Position numbers and translations under genes: made by a program
The notes under the pieces: model-generated
Told to the model about the DNA's origin: nothing
The model's input: the letters and a program-made list of their open reading frames with translations, nothing else
The model's database searches: none
Shown: piece by piece, positions 21,347 to 29,498 of the stretch
Layout of the letters: each line of letters begins with the position of its first letter
Position numbering within the stretch: position 1 is the stretch's first letter
Assembly: GCA_043797615.1 (NCBI GenBank)
Contig: JAZDPK010000048.1
Location: forward strand, 22 to 64,021
Direction of reading: 5' to 3'
Length of the DNA: 64,000 nt
From: Parcubacteria group bacterium
GTDB lineage: Bacteria > Patescibacteriota > Patescibacteriia > UBA11705 > JABHMO01

Positions 21347-21393
21347 CAATAAAAAGCCGCCCTTTCATTATACCACGAAAAAGAGGGCGGCTT
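21347..21393 (-). terminator. rho-independent terminator of rpmE
   Basis: aagccgccct (21354-21363) pairs with agggcggctt (21384-21393). On the minus strand the hairpin is followed by tttttatt. Confidence 0.6.
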
Positions 21394-21401
21394 AACAAAG
21401 G

Positions 21402-21644
21402 TTAATTTTTCGTCGCTTTGGCTTTTTTCTTCGGCGCGGTTGATTTTTTCGCCAGGCGCTCGGTGAATTTTTCCACGCGCCGGGCCGTGTCAACGAGCTT
21501 CTGCTTGCCGGTGTAGTACGGATGGCACAGGCTGCAGATTTCCGTCTTGATGTGCTCGGTCGTCGAGCCGGTGGCGAATTCGCTGCCGCACGCGCAGGTT
21601 ACTTTGGCGTTTTTGTAGTATTTCGGATGAATGTCTTTTTTCAT
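21402..21644 (-). CDS. rpmE: 50S ribosomal protein L31
   Basis: ORF 21402..21812 trimmed to [20 protein letters not shown]...[13 protein letters not shown], giving 80 aa. Confidence 0.9.
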   Translation of the reverse strand: MKKDIHPKYYKNAKVTCACGSEFATGSTTEHIKTEICSLCHPYYTGKQKLVDTARRVEKFTERLAKKSTAPKKKAKATKN

Positions 21645-21705
21645 ATGGATGCGGATTTGTTTAAATGTTAAGTAAAAGAATGATATCATATAAATAATTT
21701 TTGTG

Positions 21706-21762
21706 CAAGTCGTGTACCGTATGGCGCACGGCAAGCCGTGTACCGTATGGTGCACGGCAAGC
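21706..21762. repeat. ccgtgtacc hairpin repeat, two tandem copies
   Basis: caagtcgtgtaccgtatggcgcacggcaagccgtgtaccgtatggtgcacggcaag, about 60 nt upstream of the rpmE start. Confidence 0.7.
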
Positions 21763-21837
21763 GGTCGTTTCTTCGGCAAAAACAACCGGCGGATATGCCA
21801 TAATTTTCGCAAATTTGAGGGCTTATTCCGGCCTAAG

Positions 21838-22016
21838 AGGCTGTCTAAAAAGTTTCTTTTGAGCTATAAAATTTAGAATTTCGAACCTGCCTGCCGGCAG
21901 GCGGGCGAAAATTATGAAAAGCGAGGAGGTTTAATCAAGATTAAGCTGACGAGCTTTGAACAATTTGCAGCCGAAATTATAGATTTTTAGCCAAATACGA
22001 ACTTTTTAGACAGGCT
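21838..22016. repeat. 179-nt imperfect palindrome with GC-rich core (MITE-like element or structured RNA candidate)
   Basis: Ends aggctgtctaaaaagtt / aactttttagacaggct pair in 16 of 17 positions. Inner arms (gctataaaatttagaatttcg / cgaaattatagatttttagc) also pair imperfectly. The core contains the perfect palindrome gcctgccggcaggc (21889-21902), seen again at 63932-63945. Confidence 0.6.
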
Positions 22017-22110
22017 CTAAAGCGCATGTGGATAAATATTTGAAAAAATATGCTATAATTAAATCAACAGGAAGGCAAATAAAATTGACGGTTTGTCATT
22101 TTGTAATTTT

Positions 22111-22437
22111 ATGAAAAACAAATTTTTAAAAGGCGCGGCGCTGGGCGCGATCGTGGGAGCGGCTCTTGAAATATTTTTTAATCCGTCCACCGGCAGGAAG
22201 AATCGCGCGAAATTCGGCAAAGCGGCGAAAGAGGTGAGCACGAAATTGTCAAACGAAGCGGCGAAATTCGGCGCCATCGGCAAAAAGGAATACGAGGCGA
22301 TCGTGGACAACGTGATTAAAAAATACGATAAGGATGATCTGTTGAGCGCGGAAGCGTGGGAAGAAATCGCCAAGGAATTGAAAGCGCGCTGGGCGGACGT
22401 ACAGAAGGAAATAAAGAAGGCTAAAATCAAAAAGTGA
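22111..22437 (+). CDS. YtxH-like protein
   Basis: ORF 22093..22437 trimmed to MKNKFLKGAALGAIVGAALEIFFNPSTGRKNR (YtxH signature), then a helical Lys/Glu-rich tail. Confidence 0.7.
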   Translation: MKNKFLKGAALGAIVGAALEIFFNPSTGRKNRAKFGKAAKEVSTKLSNEAAKFGAIGKKEYEAIVDNVIKKYDKDDLLSAEAWEEIAKELKARWADVQKEIKKAKIKK

Positions 22438-22561
22438 TTACTTGAGAAAAGAGCGACTAAAGTCGCGGAGAACCCCGGCTAAAGCCGGGTCGAGGATCTG
22501 ATTTTTTTTGTGTATTACGAAACTTGAAAAAGTTTTGTCAATATAGAATCCTAAAGAGAGA

Positions 22562-22596
22562 AGAAAAAGAGCCAAGGGAAGGTTCTTTTTCTTTTT
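22562..22596 (+). terminator. rho-independent terminator candidate
   Basis: agaaaaagagcc pairs with ggttctttttct (one G-U pair), followed by TTTT. Confidence 0.5.
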
Positions 22597-22623
22597 GACA
22601 AGAGAATTATAACGAATTATAAT
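22595..22623 (+). promoter_or_regulatory. consensus sigma70-like promoter
   Basis: TTGACA (22595-22600), 17 nt, TATAAT (22618-22623), 47 nt upstream of the 22670 ATG. Confidence 0.6.
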
Positions 22624-22669
22624 ATTAGCACGGTGATTTTCTCAAATTTTTCCAAAAGGAGGAAACGTA

Positions 22670-22930
22670 ATGGGAAAAGCCAATGCAGAATGCTTCGCGC
22701 TCGAGCAGGCAATCCAGCGGGAACTGAAAAAAACAGTCGGCAAGGTCAAGGTGGAGGTCGAAAAGAACAATCGCGCCTTCCGAGTGGACGTGCCGCCGCA
22801 AAAAGTGAAGGGCAAGGAAGTGCGCAAGCTTCACCTGGTCCATTCCGACCAGAGGGTGCTGGTCGATCGGGTGGCGAAGCAGATTCAGATCGTCGAGCCG
22901 GATGAAAAACCGCATAGCCGCTTCAGTTGA
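22670..22930 (+). CDS. hypothetical protein
   Basis: 86-aa ORF with a strong RBS, aaaggagga. No motif recognised. Confidence 0.6.
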   Translation: MGKANAECFALEQAIQRELKKTVGKVKVEVEKNNRAFRVDVPPQKVKGKEVRKLHLVHSDQRVLVDRVAKQIQIVEPDEKPHSRFS

Positions 22931-23020
22931 TGATTATCAAAAGGCGCTGGAACATATCCAACGCCTTATTTATTTTCTAAAAATTTGATACAATAAAGAA
23001 AAGTTGATGATCGTTAATTT

Positions 23021-23833
23021 ATGATCAATTTCTTGCATACATTTCATCCGCAGCCGGTTATTTTTCAAATCGGCATTTTCCCGATCCATTGGTATGGCTT
23101 TTTAATGGTGATCGGCGGGTTGCTTGGCCTGTTCGTTGTTTTGAAATTGGCGCGGCGTTACGGCGTCGATAAAAATTCGATTTACGATCTACTTGTTTAT
23201 TTCGTGGTTGGCGGCGTGGTCGGCGCGCGCGTTTATTACGTTGTTTACGCTTGGCAATTGTATCAGAACAATTGGCTCGATGTTTTTAAAATTTGGCAGG
23301 GCGGCTTGGCCGTGCACGGCGTGATGATCGGCGGAATGGCCGGAGTGCTGATTTATTATTTCTTTAAAAAAATAAACTTCTGGCTGTTCGCCGACTTGGC
23401 GGCGACCGGGCTGGCGGCGGCGCAGATCGTCGGCCGCGTTGGCAATTATTTCAATCAGGAAATTTTCGGCAAGCCGACGAATTTGCCGTGGGGAATATTG
23501 ATTGACGCGGCCGCTCGTCCAACTGAATTCTCCGGCGCGAATTATTTCCATCCGACTTTTTTGTACGAATCGCTCGGCAATGTCATTATCTTATGCGTTT
23601 TAATCGGATTGCATTTTCTCAAAATAAGAAACAAAACGCTTAAAGACGGAAATATTTTTTTCCTTTACATCATTTTGTACTCGATATTAAGATTTTTTTT
23701 GGAGTTTTTGCGAACGGATTACAGCCCGCTTGTCTTCGGCGTCCGCTGGGCGCAACTATTCAGCGCACTGTTAATCATTGCCGCCGCGGCGTTGTTAATC
23801 GCGAGAAACAGAAAGCGTTTTTTATTAAATTAA
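23021..23833 (+). CDS. lgt: prolipoprotein diacylglyceryl transferase
   Basis: 270 aa. IHWYGFLMVIGGLLG, WQGGLAVHGVMIGG, GRVGNYFNQEIFGKPTNLPWG. Confidence 0.92.
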   Translation: MINFLHTFHPQPVIFQIGIFPIHWYGFLMVIGGLLGLFVVLKLARRYGVDKNSIYDLLVYFVVGGVVGARVYYVVYAWQLYQNNWLDVFKIWQGGLAVHGVMIGGMAGVLIYYFFKKINFWLFADLAATGLAAAQIVGRVGNYFNQEIFGKPTNLPWGILIDAAARPTEFSGANYFHPTFLYESLGNVIILCVLIGLHFLKIRNKTLKDGNIFFLYIILYSILRFFLEFLRTDYSPLVFGVRWAQLFSALLIIAAAALLIARNRKRFLLN

Positions 23834-23857
23834 TAAAATGTTATAATGAAATCAAAC

Positions 23858-23889
23858 GTTCAGCCGAGTTTGGCCAAACTCGGCTGAAC
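23858..23889. repeat. 32-nt perfect palindrome, copy B
   Basis: gttcagccgagtttgg|ccaaactcggctgaac. Differs from copy A at two symmetric position pairs. Confidence 0.85.
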
Positions 23890-23903
23890 GGAATGAAAAA
23901 AAT

Positions 23904-24149
23904 ATGCTCGATTTTTTCACTTACCCCAGACTTCTCGCCGTTGTCGTTGTTCTGCTCGCCGCGTGGATTGTTATAATTTTTTACCGCATAATCCGCGAGC
24001 AGGCGGTCAAGAAAGTTGATTTTTACAAAGCGAACTGGAAAATCGTTTTGTTCTGGCTTGTCCTGGCGGCGCTGGCGCTCGGCGTCATGTATTTGGCGCG
24101 CCATTTTGATTTTTCCGAGCTTGCCCGTTTCCTGCCGGCGAAAAAATAG
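23904..24149 (+). CDS. small membrane protein, hypothetical
   Basis: 81-aa ORF with two hydrophobic helices, preceded by a 32-nt perfect palindrome. Confidence 0.5.
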   Translation: MLDFFTYPRLLAVVVVLLAAWIVIIFYRIIREQAVKKVDFYKANWKIVLFWLVLAALALGVMYLARHFDFSELARFLPAKK

Positions 24150-24163
24150 CATTATGCAAAACA

Positions 24164-24192
24164 AAAAGACCAGCGGCCGCGGGTCTTTTTCG
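24164..24192 (+). terminator. rho-independent terminator candidate
   Basis: aaaagacc (24164-24171) pairs with ggtctttt (24182-24189) around a gcggccgc-containing loop. T-run follows. Confidence 0.45.
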
Positions 24193-24364
24193 GTTCCGCG
24201 GATTCGGATTACCAGGAGCGTCCGCCCCTGATCAGCCTTTTCAATCGCGGGCATTTTTTGCCGGTGCCGCGCTTTTGCTTCTGTTTGCGCATAATGATTT
24301 GATTGGTTATTATTGATGCGATGATTATATCGTTTTTTGGGCGGGCGCGCAAGCGCCTTGGCGG

Positions 24365-24393
24365 TTGACAAGCTGGAAAATATTTATTATACT
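24365..24393 (+). promoter_or_regulatory. sigma70-like promoter candidate for tRNA-Asp
   Basis: TTGACA (24365-24370), 17 nt, TATACT (24388-24393), 36 nt upstream of the tRNA. Confidence 0.55.
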
Positions 24394-24428
24394 TTTACCA
24401 GCGCCGACTGTTTGTCGGTTGAAATAAT

Positions 24429-24505
24429 GGATCGGTGGTGTAGTTGGTTAACACGTCGCCCTGTCACGGCGAAGACCACGGGTTCAAGTCCCGTCCGATC
24501 CGCCA
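24429..24505 (+). tRNA. tRNA-Asp (anticodon GUC), CCA encoded
   Basis: Hand-folded. Acceptor ggatcgg/ccgatcc, D stem gtgt/acac, anticodon stem tcgcc/ggcga with loop cTGTCAc, T stem acggg/cccgt with loop ttcaagt, discriminator G, then CCA. Confidence 0.93.
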
Positions 24506-24687
24506 TGAAGTATTTGCTCTCTTCGTTCGCAAAACTTCATGGCGCAGCCAGGTCCCGCAGAGCGGGAAAGGCAAAGCACAAAATTCAAAACTCAAAATTC
24601 CGAAGTAATCTTGTTGAGACAAAATTAAAAATTTAAAATAAAAACAGCCCTTTTATTTGGACTGTTTTTTGTTTTAAATAATGGTTG

Positions 24688-25032
24688 TTATTTGATTTTT
24701 TGGACGATCTTGGCAAAGACGGCCGGATCGTTGTTCGCCAGGTCGGACAGGACTTTGCGGTCGAGGATGATGCTGTTTTTTTTCAAGGCGGAGATGAACC
24801 GGCTGTAGTTCAATCCCAGCGGCCGGACCGCGGCGTTCAACTGGATATTCCAGAGAGCGCGCCGAGTCCGCTTTTTCTTTTTGCGGTCGCGGTAGGAATT
24901 CTGGCCCGCTTTGGTGATGGCGAATTTCGCCTGCTTGATCAATTTCCGGCGGCCTTGTCGGTAGCCTTTGACCGCTTTCAATATATTGCGCCGTCTTTTG
25001 CTGTGCATTACGCCGCGTTTTATTCTTGACAT
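24688..25032 (-). CDS. rplT: 50S ribosomal protein L20
   Basis: 114 aa. MSRIKRGVMHSKRRRNILKAVKGYRQGRRK is a typical L20 start. Confidence 0.95.
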   Translation of the reverse strand: MSRIKRGVMHSKRRRNILKAVKGYRQGRRKLIKQAKFAITKAGQNSYRDRKKKKRTRRALWNIQLNAAVRPLGLNYSRFISALKKNSIILDRKVLSDLANNDPAVFAKIVQKIK

Positions 25033-25163
25033 ATTATTTTATTGTTAATTCACGAATAAGAACGAATGCAAGCGAATTATCACAAATATTTCAAGATTAT
25101 TTCATGAAATATTCAGTTATTCGGTTAGATTCGAATGTTTCGCAAATCGGTTCAATTTATAAA

Positions 25164-25361
25164 TTAGTTGTGGGGAATGAAGCTCATGATGTTGCGTCTG
25201 TCAGCAGCGGTGAATTGCACCGGCCGGCGCTTCTTGCGCGTGACCTTGCCCGGCTCGCGGGAATTGAAATGATCTTGGCCGCATTTTTTCTTGATTACTT
25301 TCTTATTTTTCGTGATGCGGACCCTTTTGGCGACCGCTTTTATCGTTTTTTGCTTTGACAT
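25164..25361 (-). CDS. rpmI: 50S ribosomal protein L35
   Basis: 65 aa, highly basic (MSKQKTIKAVAKRVRITKNKKV). Position between infC and rplT. Confidence 0.9.
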   Translation of the reverse strand: MSKQKTIKAVAKRVRITKNKKVIKKKCGQDHFNSREPGKVTRKKRRPVQFTAADRRNIMSFIPHN

Positions 25362-25496
25362 AAATGGTTGATAAGGTTGATTATTACGAGATAAACGGGA
25401 TAAACGTGATTTGCTGGATTAAATTGTCTCGACAATCTCGTTTATCGCATTTATCCCATTGTTTTCCGTTCTTCTGTTTTTAGTTTTTCTCGTGTT

Positions 25497-26048
25497 TTAT
25501 GGTTTCGTAATCGGCATGATTATGAGAAAAAATTTGTTTCCCTGCCTGGTCATGTCCTGTTCGACGGCGAACGGCGTCTTGATTTGTCCTTTGAATTGCC
25601 TCATTGCTTCGGCCGCCAGATCGCTGTGCGCCATTTCGCGGCCGCGGAGAATCAGCTCCAATTTGACTTTATGGCCTTTGTTCAAAAATTTCTCCGCCTG
25701 GCGGAGTTTAGTTTCGAGATCGTGCTCGCTGATTTTCGTGGAAATTCGGACGCCCTTGACGTCCAGGCTTCTATTTTGTTTCCGTTGCTTTTTCATGAGT
25801 TTGTCCTGCTGGTATTGGAAGCTGTTGAAATTCAGGAATTTCACGACCGGCGGCTGGGCGTTCGGCGCCACTTCGACCAGGTCGTAGCCGGCTTCGTTCG
25901 CAAGCCCGATCGCCTTGCCCGTGGGCATGACGCCGAGTTGGGATCCGGTTTCATCAATGACCATGACTTCGGGAACGCGGATGTGGAGATTGGCCCGGAA
26001 TTTTTTTACCGGCTGGATTTTTCGTTGGAATTTGTAGGATTTGCGCAT
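25497..26048 (-). CDS. infC: translation initiation factor IF-3
   Basis: 183 aa. IRVPEVMVIDETGSQLGVM, DLVEVAPNAQPPVVKFLNF and the C-domain VKGVRISTKISEHDLETK. Confidence 0.93.
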   Translation of the reverse strand: MRKSYKFQRKIQPVKKFRANLHIRVPEVMVIDETGSQLGVMPTGKAIGLANEAGYDLVEVAPNAQPPVVKFLNFNSFQYQQDKLMKKQRKQNRSLDVKGVRISTKISEHDLETKLRQAEKFLNKGHKVKLELILRGREMAHSDLAAEAMRQFKGQIKTPFAVEQDMTRQGNKFFLIIMPITKP

Positions 26049-26062
26049 TGGTTGTTGAGAGT

Positions 26063-26338
26063 TTAGGAGTTAATATTATTTTTAATTTCAAATAAGGTTT
26101 CACGCAGCATTATCTTTAATGTTTTTCTCCCGGGAGTTGATTTGAAATATCTCTCTCTTCTTAAAGCATCATATTTATTCAGATAAGCTTCGTAAAAGAT
26201 TAGCTTCATGGGCAGCCTAGTGCTTGTGGATTTCACGCCGCCTTGATTATGCTTTTTTATCCTCTCGTCCAAATCGGTGGTATAGCCGATGTAAAACTTC
26301 CAGTCTTTCAGACTTAATAATATGTAGACAAAGTGCAT
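26063..26338 (-). CDS. GIY-YIG domain nuclease-family protein
   Basis: ORF 26063..26461 trimmed to MHFVYILLSLKDWKFYIGYTTDLDERIKKHN...RERYFKS (GIY...YIG...R...E pattern), giving 91 aa. Confidence 0.8.
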   Translation of the reverse strand: MHFVYILLSLKDWKFYIGYTTDLDERIKKHNQGGVKSTSTRLPMKLIFYEAYLNKYDALRRERYFKSTPGRKTLKIMLRETLFEIKNNINS

Positions 26339-26395
26339 ATGTATTAAAATGGGGTGGCGGCGCCACGAAGTTTTGTTGAGGGAAAGGATCTGCGT

Positions 26396-26479
26396 GCCCG
26401 GAAGTATTTTCGCTGTTCGCTCAAAACTTCCGGGCTCCACGAAGTATTCGTTTCGTTTCACTCAACAAATACTTCGTGG
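26396..26479 (-). terminator. two hairpins immediately 3' of tmRNA
   Basis: On the + strand, ccacgaagtatt (26441-26452) pairs with aatacttcgtgg (26468-26479), and gcccggaagt (26396-26405) pairs with acttccgggc (26426-26435). On the minus strand both follow the tmRNA 3' end. Confidence 0.5.
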
Positions 26480-26859
26480 AGATGGCGGGAGTCGAACCCG
26501 CGTCCAGAGAATCCGTCGAAGCGCTTCTACGGGAATAGTCCGCTCTGCATTTAAGACCTCCGGCTGAAGAACGGACAAAACGCCGGAAATCCGTAGCCTA
26601 TGTTGTTTCGAAATCGAACGTAAGGCGGCGGTTCGATCCTATCTCGCTGTATGACACCGGTGGCCGCTTAGCGAGTATCAGCGAACCGATGGCTGCAACC
26701 TTATTTAGGCGGCAACGGTAGCGAATGCCGGCATTGTGAAAAACGCCTTGACATTGCTTACAAGTTTTTTAGCACTTGTTGTTTTATGTTCGTTTATTGA
26801 GAAACAAAAGCTCATCCCGCGCGATTCAACTAGAATCACTGTCAAAGCCCGGCATCCCC
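26477..26859 (-). ncRNA. ssrA: tmRNA (SsrA)
   Basis: Minus-strand 5' end ggggatgccgggctttgac pairs with the 3' end catctcc+A, giving a G3-U70 pair. T arm gcggg-ttcgact-cccgc. An internal frame ends ...PAFATVAA-TAA. CCA is not encoded (cga follows). smpB lies directly upstream. Confidence 0.85.
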
Positions 26860-26942
26860 GGAAACAGTTGATAGAGTTGATAAAGTTTATAAAGTTGATT
26901 GCCGAGCAATTTAATGCAATCTGCTTGGTGCAAAATCTTATT

Positions 26943-27401
26943 TTACACGCGATTGTTTTTTAACGTACGCCTGATTTCCTTTTCAACATCTTGTTTTTTC
27001 TTTTTTTCCTTTTTTTCGTATCGCTTCTTGCCGCGGCACAGCCCCAATTCGATTTTGACGAGATTGCGTACAGTATATACCTTGAGGGGCGCGATTGTCA
27101 AGCCTTTTTGCTCTGATTTGCCAATGAGCGATTTTATTTCTTTTTTCGTCAAAAGGAGCTTTCGCGAGCGCGTCGGATCGTAAGAGGGCAGCGGCCCGGC
27201 GTTTTTGTAGGCGGAAATGTGGGCGTTGATGAGGTAAAGCTCGGTCAGCGGCACGTGCTTGAAAGCGACATACGCGCCTTTCAAATTCATCTGCCCGTTT
27301 TTCACCGATTTCACTTCCTGTCCGCCAAGCACAATGCCGGCCTGGTATTTTTCCAAGATTTCATAGTCAAAGCCGGCTTGTTTGTTATATATCGCCTGCA
27401 T
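26943..27401 (-). CDS. smpB: SsrA-binding protein SmpB
   Basis: 152 aa. NKQAGFDYEILEKYQAGIVLGGQEVKS, RSRKLLLTKKEI, KIELGLCRGKKRYEKK. Confidence 0.93.
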   Translation of the reverse strand: MQAIYNKQAGFDYEILEKYQAGIVLGGQEVKSVKNGQMNLKGAYVAFKHVPLTELYLINAHISAYKNAGPLPSYDPTRSRKLLLTKKEIKSLIGKSEQKGLTIAPLKVYTVRNLVKIELGLCRGKKRYEKKEKKKKQDVEKEIRRTLKNNRV

Positions 27402-27496
27402 GGTATAATAAAGATGTCGCGAATGCGCGGTTCGCGCAGTTGTCAGCGCCTTTATTTTATTTTATAATAAAATTGTCATAAAAACAAGGAGCGGAG

Positions 27497-27652
27497 AATA
27501 ATTATCCTAATTAAACTAATTATTCTAATTATTTTAAATAAATCCCAAAAACTAGCGCCTCAAATTATTTGGAATTTAAAAATTGATTATTGTTTGTTGT
27601 TTGGTTATTATTTAGAATAATTAGGTTAATTAGAATAATTAAAATAATTTTA
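27497..27652. repeat. taattag-word palindromic spacer element, copy 4
   Basis: aataattatcctaattaaactaattattctaattattttaaataa ... ttatttagaataattaggttaattagaataattaaaataatt. Confidence 0.8.
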
Positions 27653-27656
27653 TATT

Positions 27657-28715
27657 ATGTCCACCAACCGCAAGGTCATCGATCTCTCGATCCTGACCAT
27701 TATAAAATTTTTTCTCGTGGTGATCGCTTTGTTTTTCATTTATGTCATCAAGGACGTCGTCGCCATCATTTTTGTTTCCTTGATTTTCGCGTCGGCGTTC
27801 GAGCCCTTGGCGTCGAGGCTGGAGAAAAGAAGAGTGCCGCGCTGGGCGAGCATGGCGATGATTTACATTGTAATGATCGCGGTGATTTTTTTCGTCGTCT
27901 ATCTGCTGCTGCCGCCGCTCATCAGCCAGATCGGGCAATTGGCCGAGACTTTTCCGGAATATTCCGGCAAATTGAACTCCGCGCTTAAAAGCATGCAGTC
28001 GTTTTCCGCCGAACACGGCATGCTGGCCGACTTCAACCAGGGACTGGCGGATTTCAAAGACGATTTGACCGGCTTGGCGCAATCGGTTTTCGGCACGATT
28101 TTCGCGGTTTTCGGCGGCATTGTTTCGTTTTTCCTGATTTTGGTACTGACTTTCTACCTGACCGTGGAGGAAGGCGCCCTGAAGCGCGCGCTGACTTTCA
28201 TCCTGCCGTCGCATTTCCAGCGCTTCACGCTTTTGCTGATCGGCAAGGTGCAAAGCAAAATCGGTTCCTGGTTCGTGGGCCAGCTCATTTTGTGCCTGAT
28301 CGTCGGCGCGATATCGTATGTCGGACTGCTGATTCTCGGAGTTGATTACGCCTTGGCGCTCGGCTTGTTCGCGGCGCTCGGCGAATTCGTTCCGTATGTC
28401 GGACCGGTGTTTTCCGCGGTGCCGGCGATCTTCATCGCTTTCACCCAGTCGCCGCTCAAGGCTTTGCTTGTTTTGATCTTGTATATTATCATACAGCAGT
28501 CGGAAAACCACATCATCGTGCCGAAGGTCATGCAGAAAGCCGTCGGGTTGAATCCGATCGTCAGCATCATCGCTCTGATGGTCGGCGCGCAGATCGCCGG
28601 CCTGGTCGGCGTCCTGCTCTCGATTCCGGTGGCGACGGCGCTCAGCGTCATAATCAAGGAAGTCTGGGGCGGGCCTGAGGGCGCCGCGCCGGAAGAAGGC
28701 GAATCCCAATCTTAA
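27657..28715 (+). CDS. AI-2E family (PerM/UPF0118) transporter
   Basis: 352 aa, polytopic. The layout and the block LGEFVPYVGPVFSAVPAIFIAF...NHIIVPKVM are typical of this family. Confidence 0.82.
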   Translation: MSTNRKVIDLSILTIIKFFLVVIALFFIYVIKDVVAIIFVSLIFASAFEPLASRLEKRRVPRWASMAMIYIVMIAVIFFVVYLLLPPLISQIGQLAETFPEYSGKLNSALKSMQSFSAEHGMLADFNQGLADFKDDLTGLAQSVFGTIFAVFGGIVSFFLILVLTFYLTVEEGALKRALTFILPSHFQRFTLLLIGKVQSKIGSWFVGQLILCLIVGAISYVGLLILGVDYALALGLFAALGEFVPYVGPVFSAVPAIFIAFTQSPLKALLVLILYIIIQQSENHIIVPKVMQKAVGLNPIVSIIALMVGAQIAGLVGVLLSIPVATALSVIIKEVWGGPEGAAPEEGESQS

Positions 28716-28730
28716 AATTAATTCCATCGC

Positions 28731-29492
28731 ATGCTCATACTTCAGCGCCTATTATTGTTCGCCGCGCCCGTTGCCTGGATCGCCGGACTGGAAATCATGA
28801 AGGAATATCCGTCCTGGTGGTGGGCGGCGGCGTTGCTCATCGCCGCGTCCGTTTTTTTTGCCGTCTGGTACGCCTGCCGGCAAGAGCTTAACAAAGTGTT
28901 TTTCAATTTTTTGATATTGCCGCTGGCGTTCGTTTTTTCGGCGTTCGTTTTGGCGCTGTTCGTCGTGGACGGCGTTTTCTTCCAGGCGCTTGTCCTTGCG
29001 GCCGCGTTTCTGCTGTACGTCCTGCTGCGCCAATATTATTTTTATTTCAATCTCCCTTTCCGATTTCAGCCCTATTCGCTCGAAGGGCTGTCCTGGCTCG
29101 TTGGAATCGTCGGCGCGTATTTCCTCTTTGCCGGCTGTTTCGGCGGGCTCATGCTGTTGCAATTGAGCATTTGGATCGTCCTGCCGGCGATCATCGCGCC
29201 GGCGGCGTTTTCCGCTTACCATTTTTTTTGGATCAACAAGATCAGCTTTGAGAAGAGCCGTCTGGCGGTCTTGGTTGTTGTTTTGGCTTTGGCCGAGCTG
29301 TTCTACGCCGTTTCCTGCCTGCCGACAAGCTATTTTGTCAACGCTTTCATTCTGACCGCGTCTTATTATCTGATGCTCGGGACAGGCCGGCTGTATTTCA
29401 TGAACGCTTTGACGCGGAAGAAGCTGGCGGCTTATTTCCTGGTCGCGGGCATTGCGTTCGTCGCGGTTTTGCTCACGGCGCAGTGGACGTAA
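28731..29492 (+). CDS. polytopic membrane protein, hypothetical
   Basis: 253-aa ORF with about 7 hydrophobic helices. No motif recognised. Confidence 0.6.
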   Translation: MLILQRLLLFAAPVAWIAGLEIMKEYPSWWWAAALLIAASVFFAVWYACRQELNKVFFNFLILPLAFVFSAFVLALFVVDGVFFQALVLAAAFLLYVLLRQYYFYFNLPFRFQPYSLEGLSWLVGIVGAYFLFAGCFGGLMLLQLSIWIVLPAIIAPAAFSAYHFFWINKISFEKSRLAVLVVVLALAELFYAVSCLPTSYFVNAFILTASYYLMLGTGRLYFMNALTRKKLAAYFLVAGIAFVAVLLTAQWT

Positions 29493-29498
29493 TAGTAA

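Noticed and set aside
21880-21905. tRNA-like TTCGAACC box suggesting a minus-strand tRNA
   Set aside because: No T-stem, acceptor stem or anticodon arm can be folded around it. The box is part of the GC-rich core of the 179-nt palindrome.
23841-24371. 176-aa minus-strand ORF
   Set aside because: It is antisense to the small membrane gene 23904..24149 and runs through a terminator and a promoter. The product is low-complexity and basic. No RBS is present.
24337-24636. 99-aa ORF across tRNA-Asp, and 75-aa ORF 26736..26963 across the tmRNA
   Set aside because: Both overlap well-folded RNA genes and have no translation signals.
26362-26479. att-type duplication of the tmRNA 3' end marking an integrated island
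   Set aside because: The inverted copy shares only the last 4 nt of the tmRNA plus downstream flank. No integrase is present, and the enclosed segment is only about 80 nt of hairpins.
27639-28727. 362-aa minus-strand ORF
   Set aside because: It is antisense to the AI-2E transporter, whose polytopic sequence is convincing. The product is Arg/Asp/Gln-rich junk. The same reasoning applies to 11492..12211 (antisense to FtsW/RodA), 60291..60995 (antisense to hrcA), 34710..35615 and 36287..37087.
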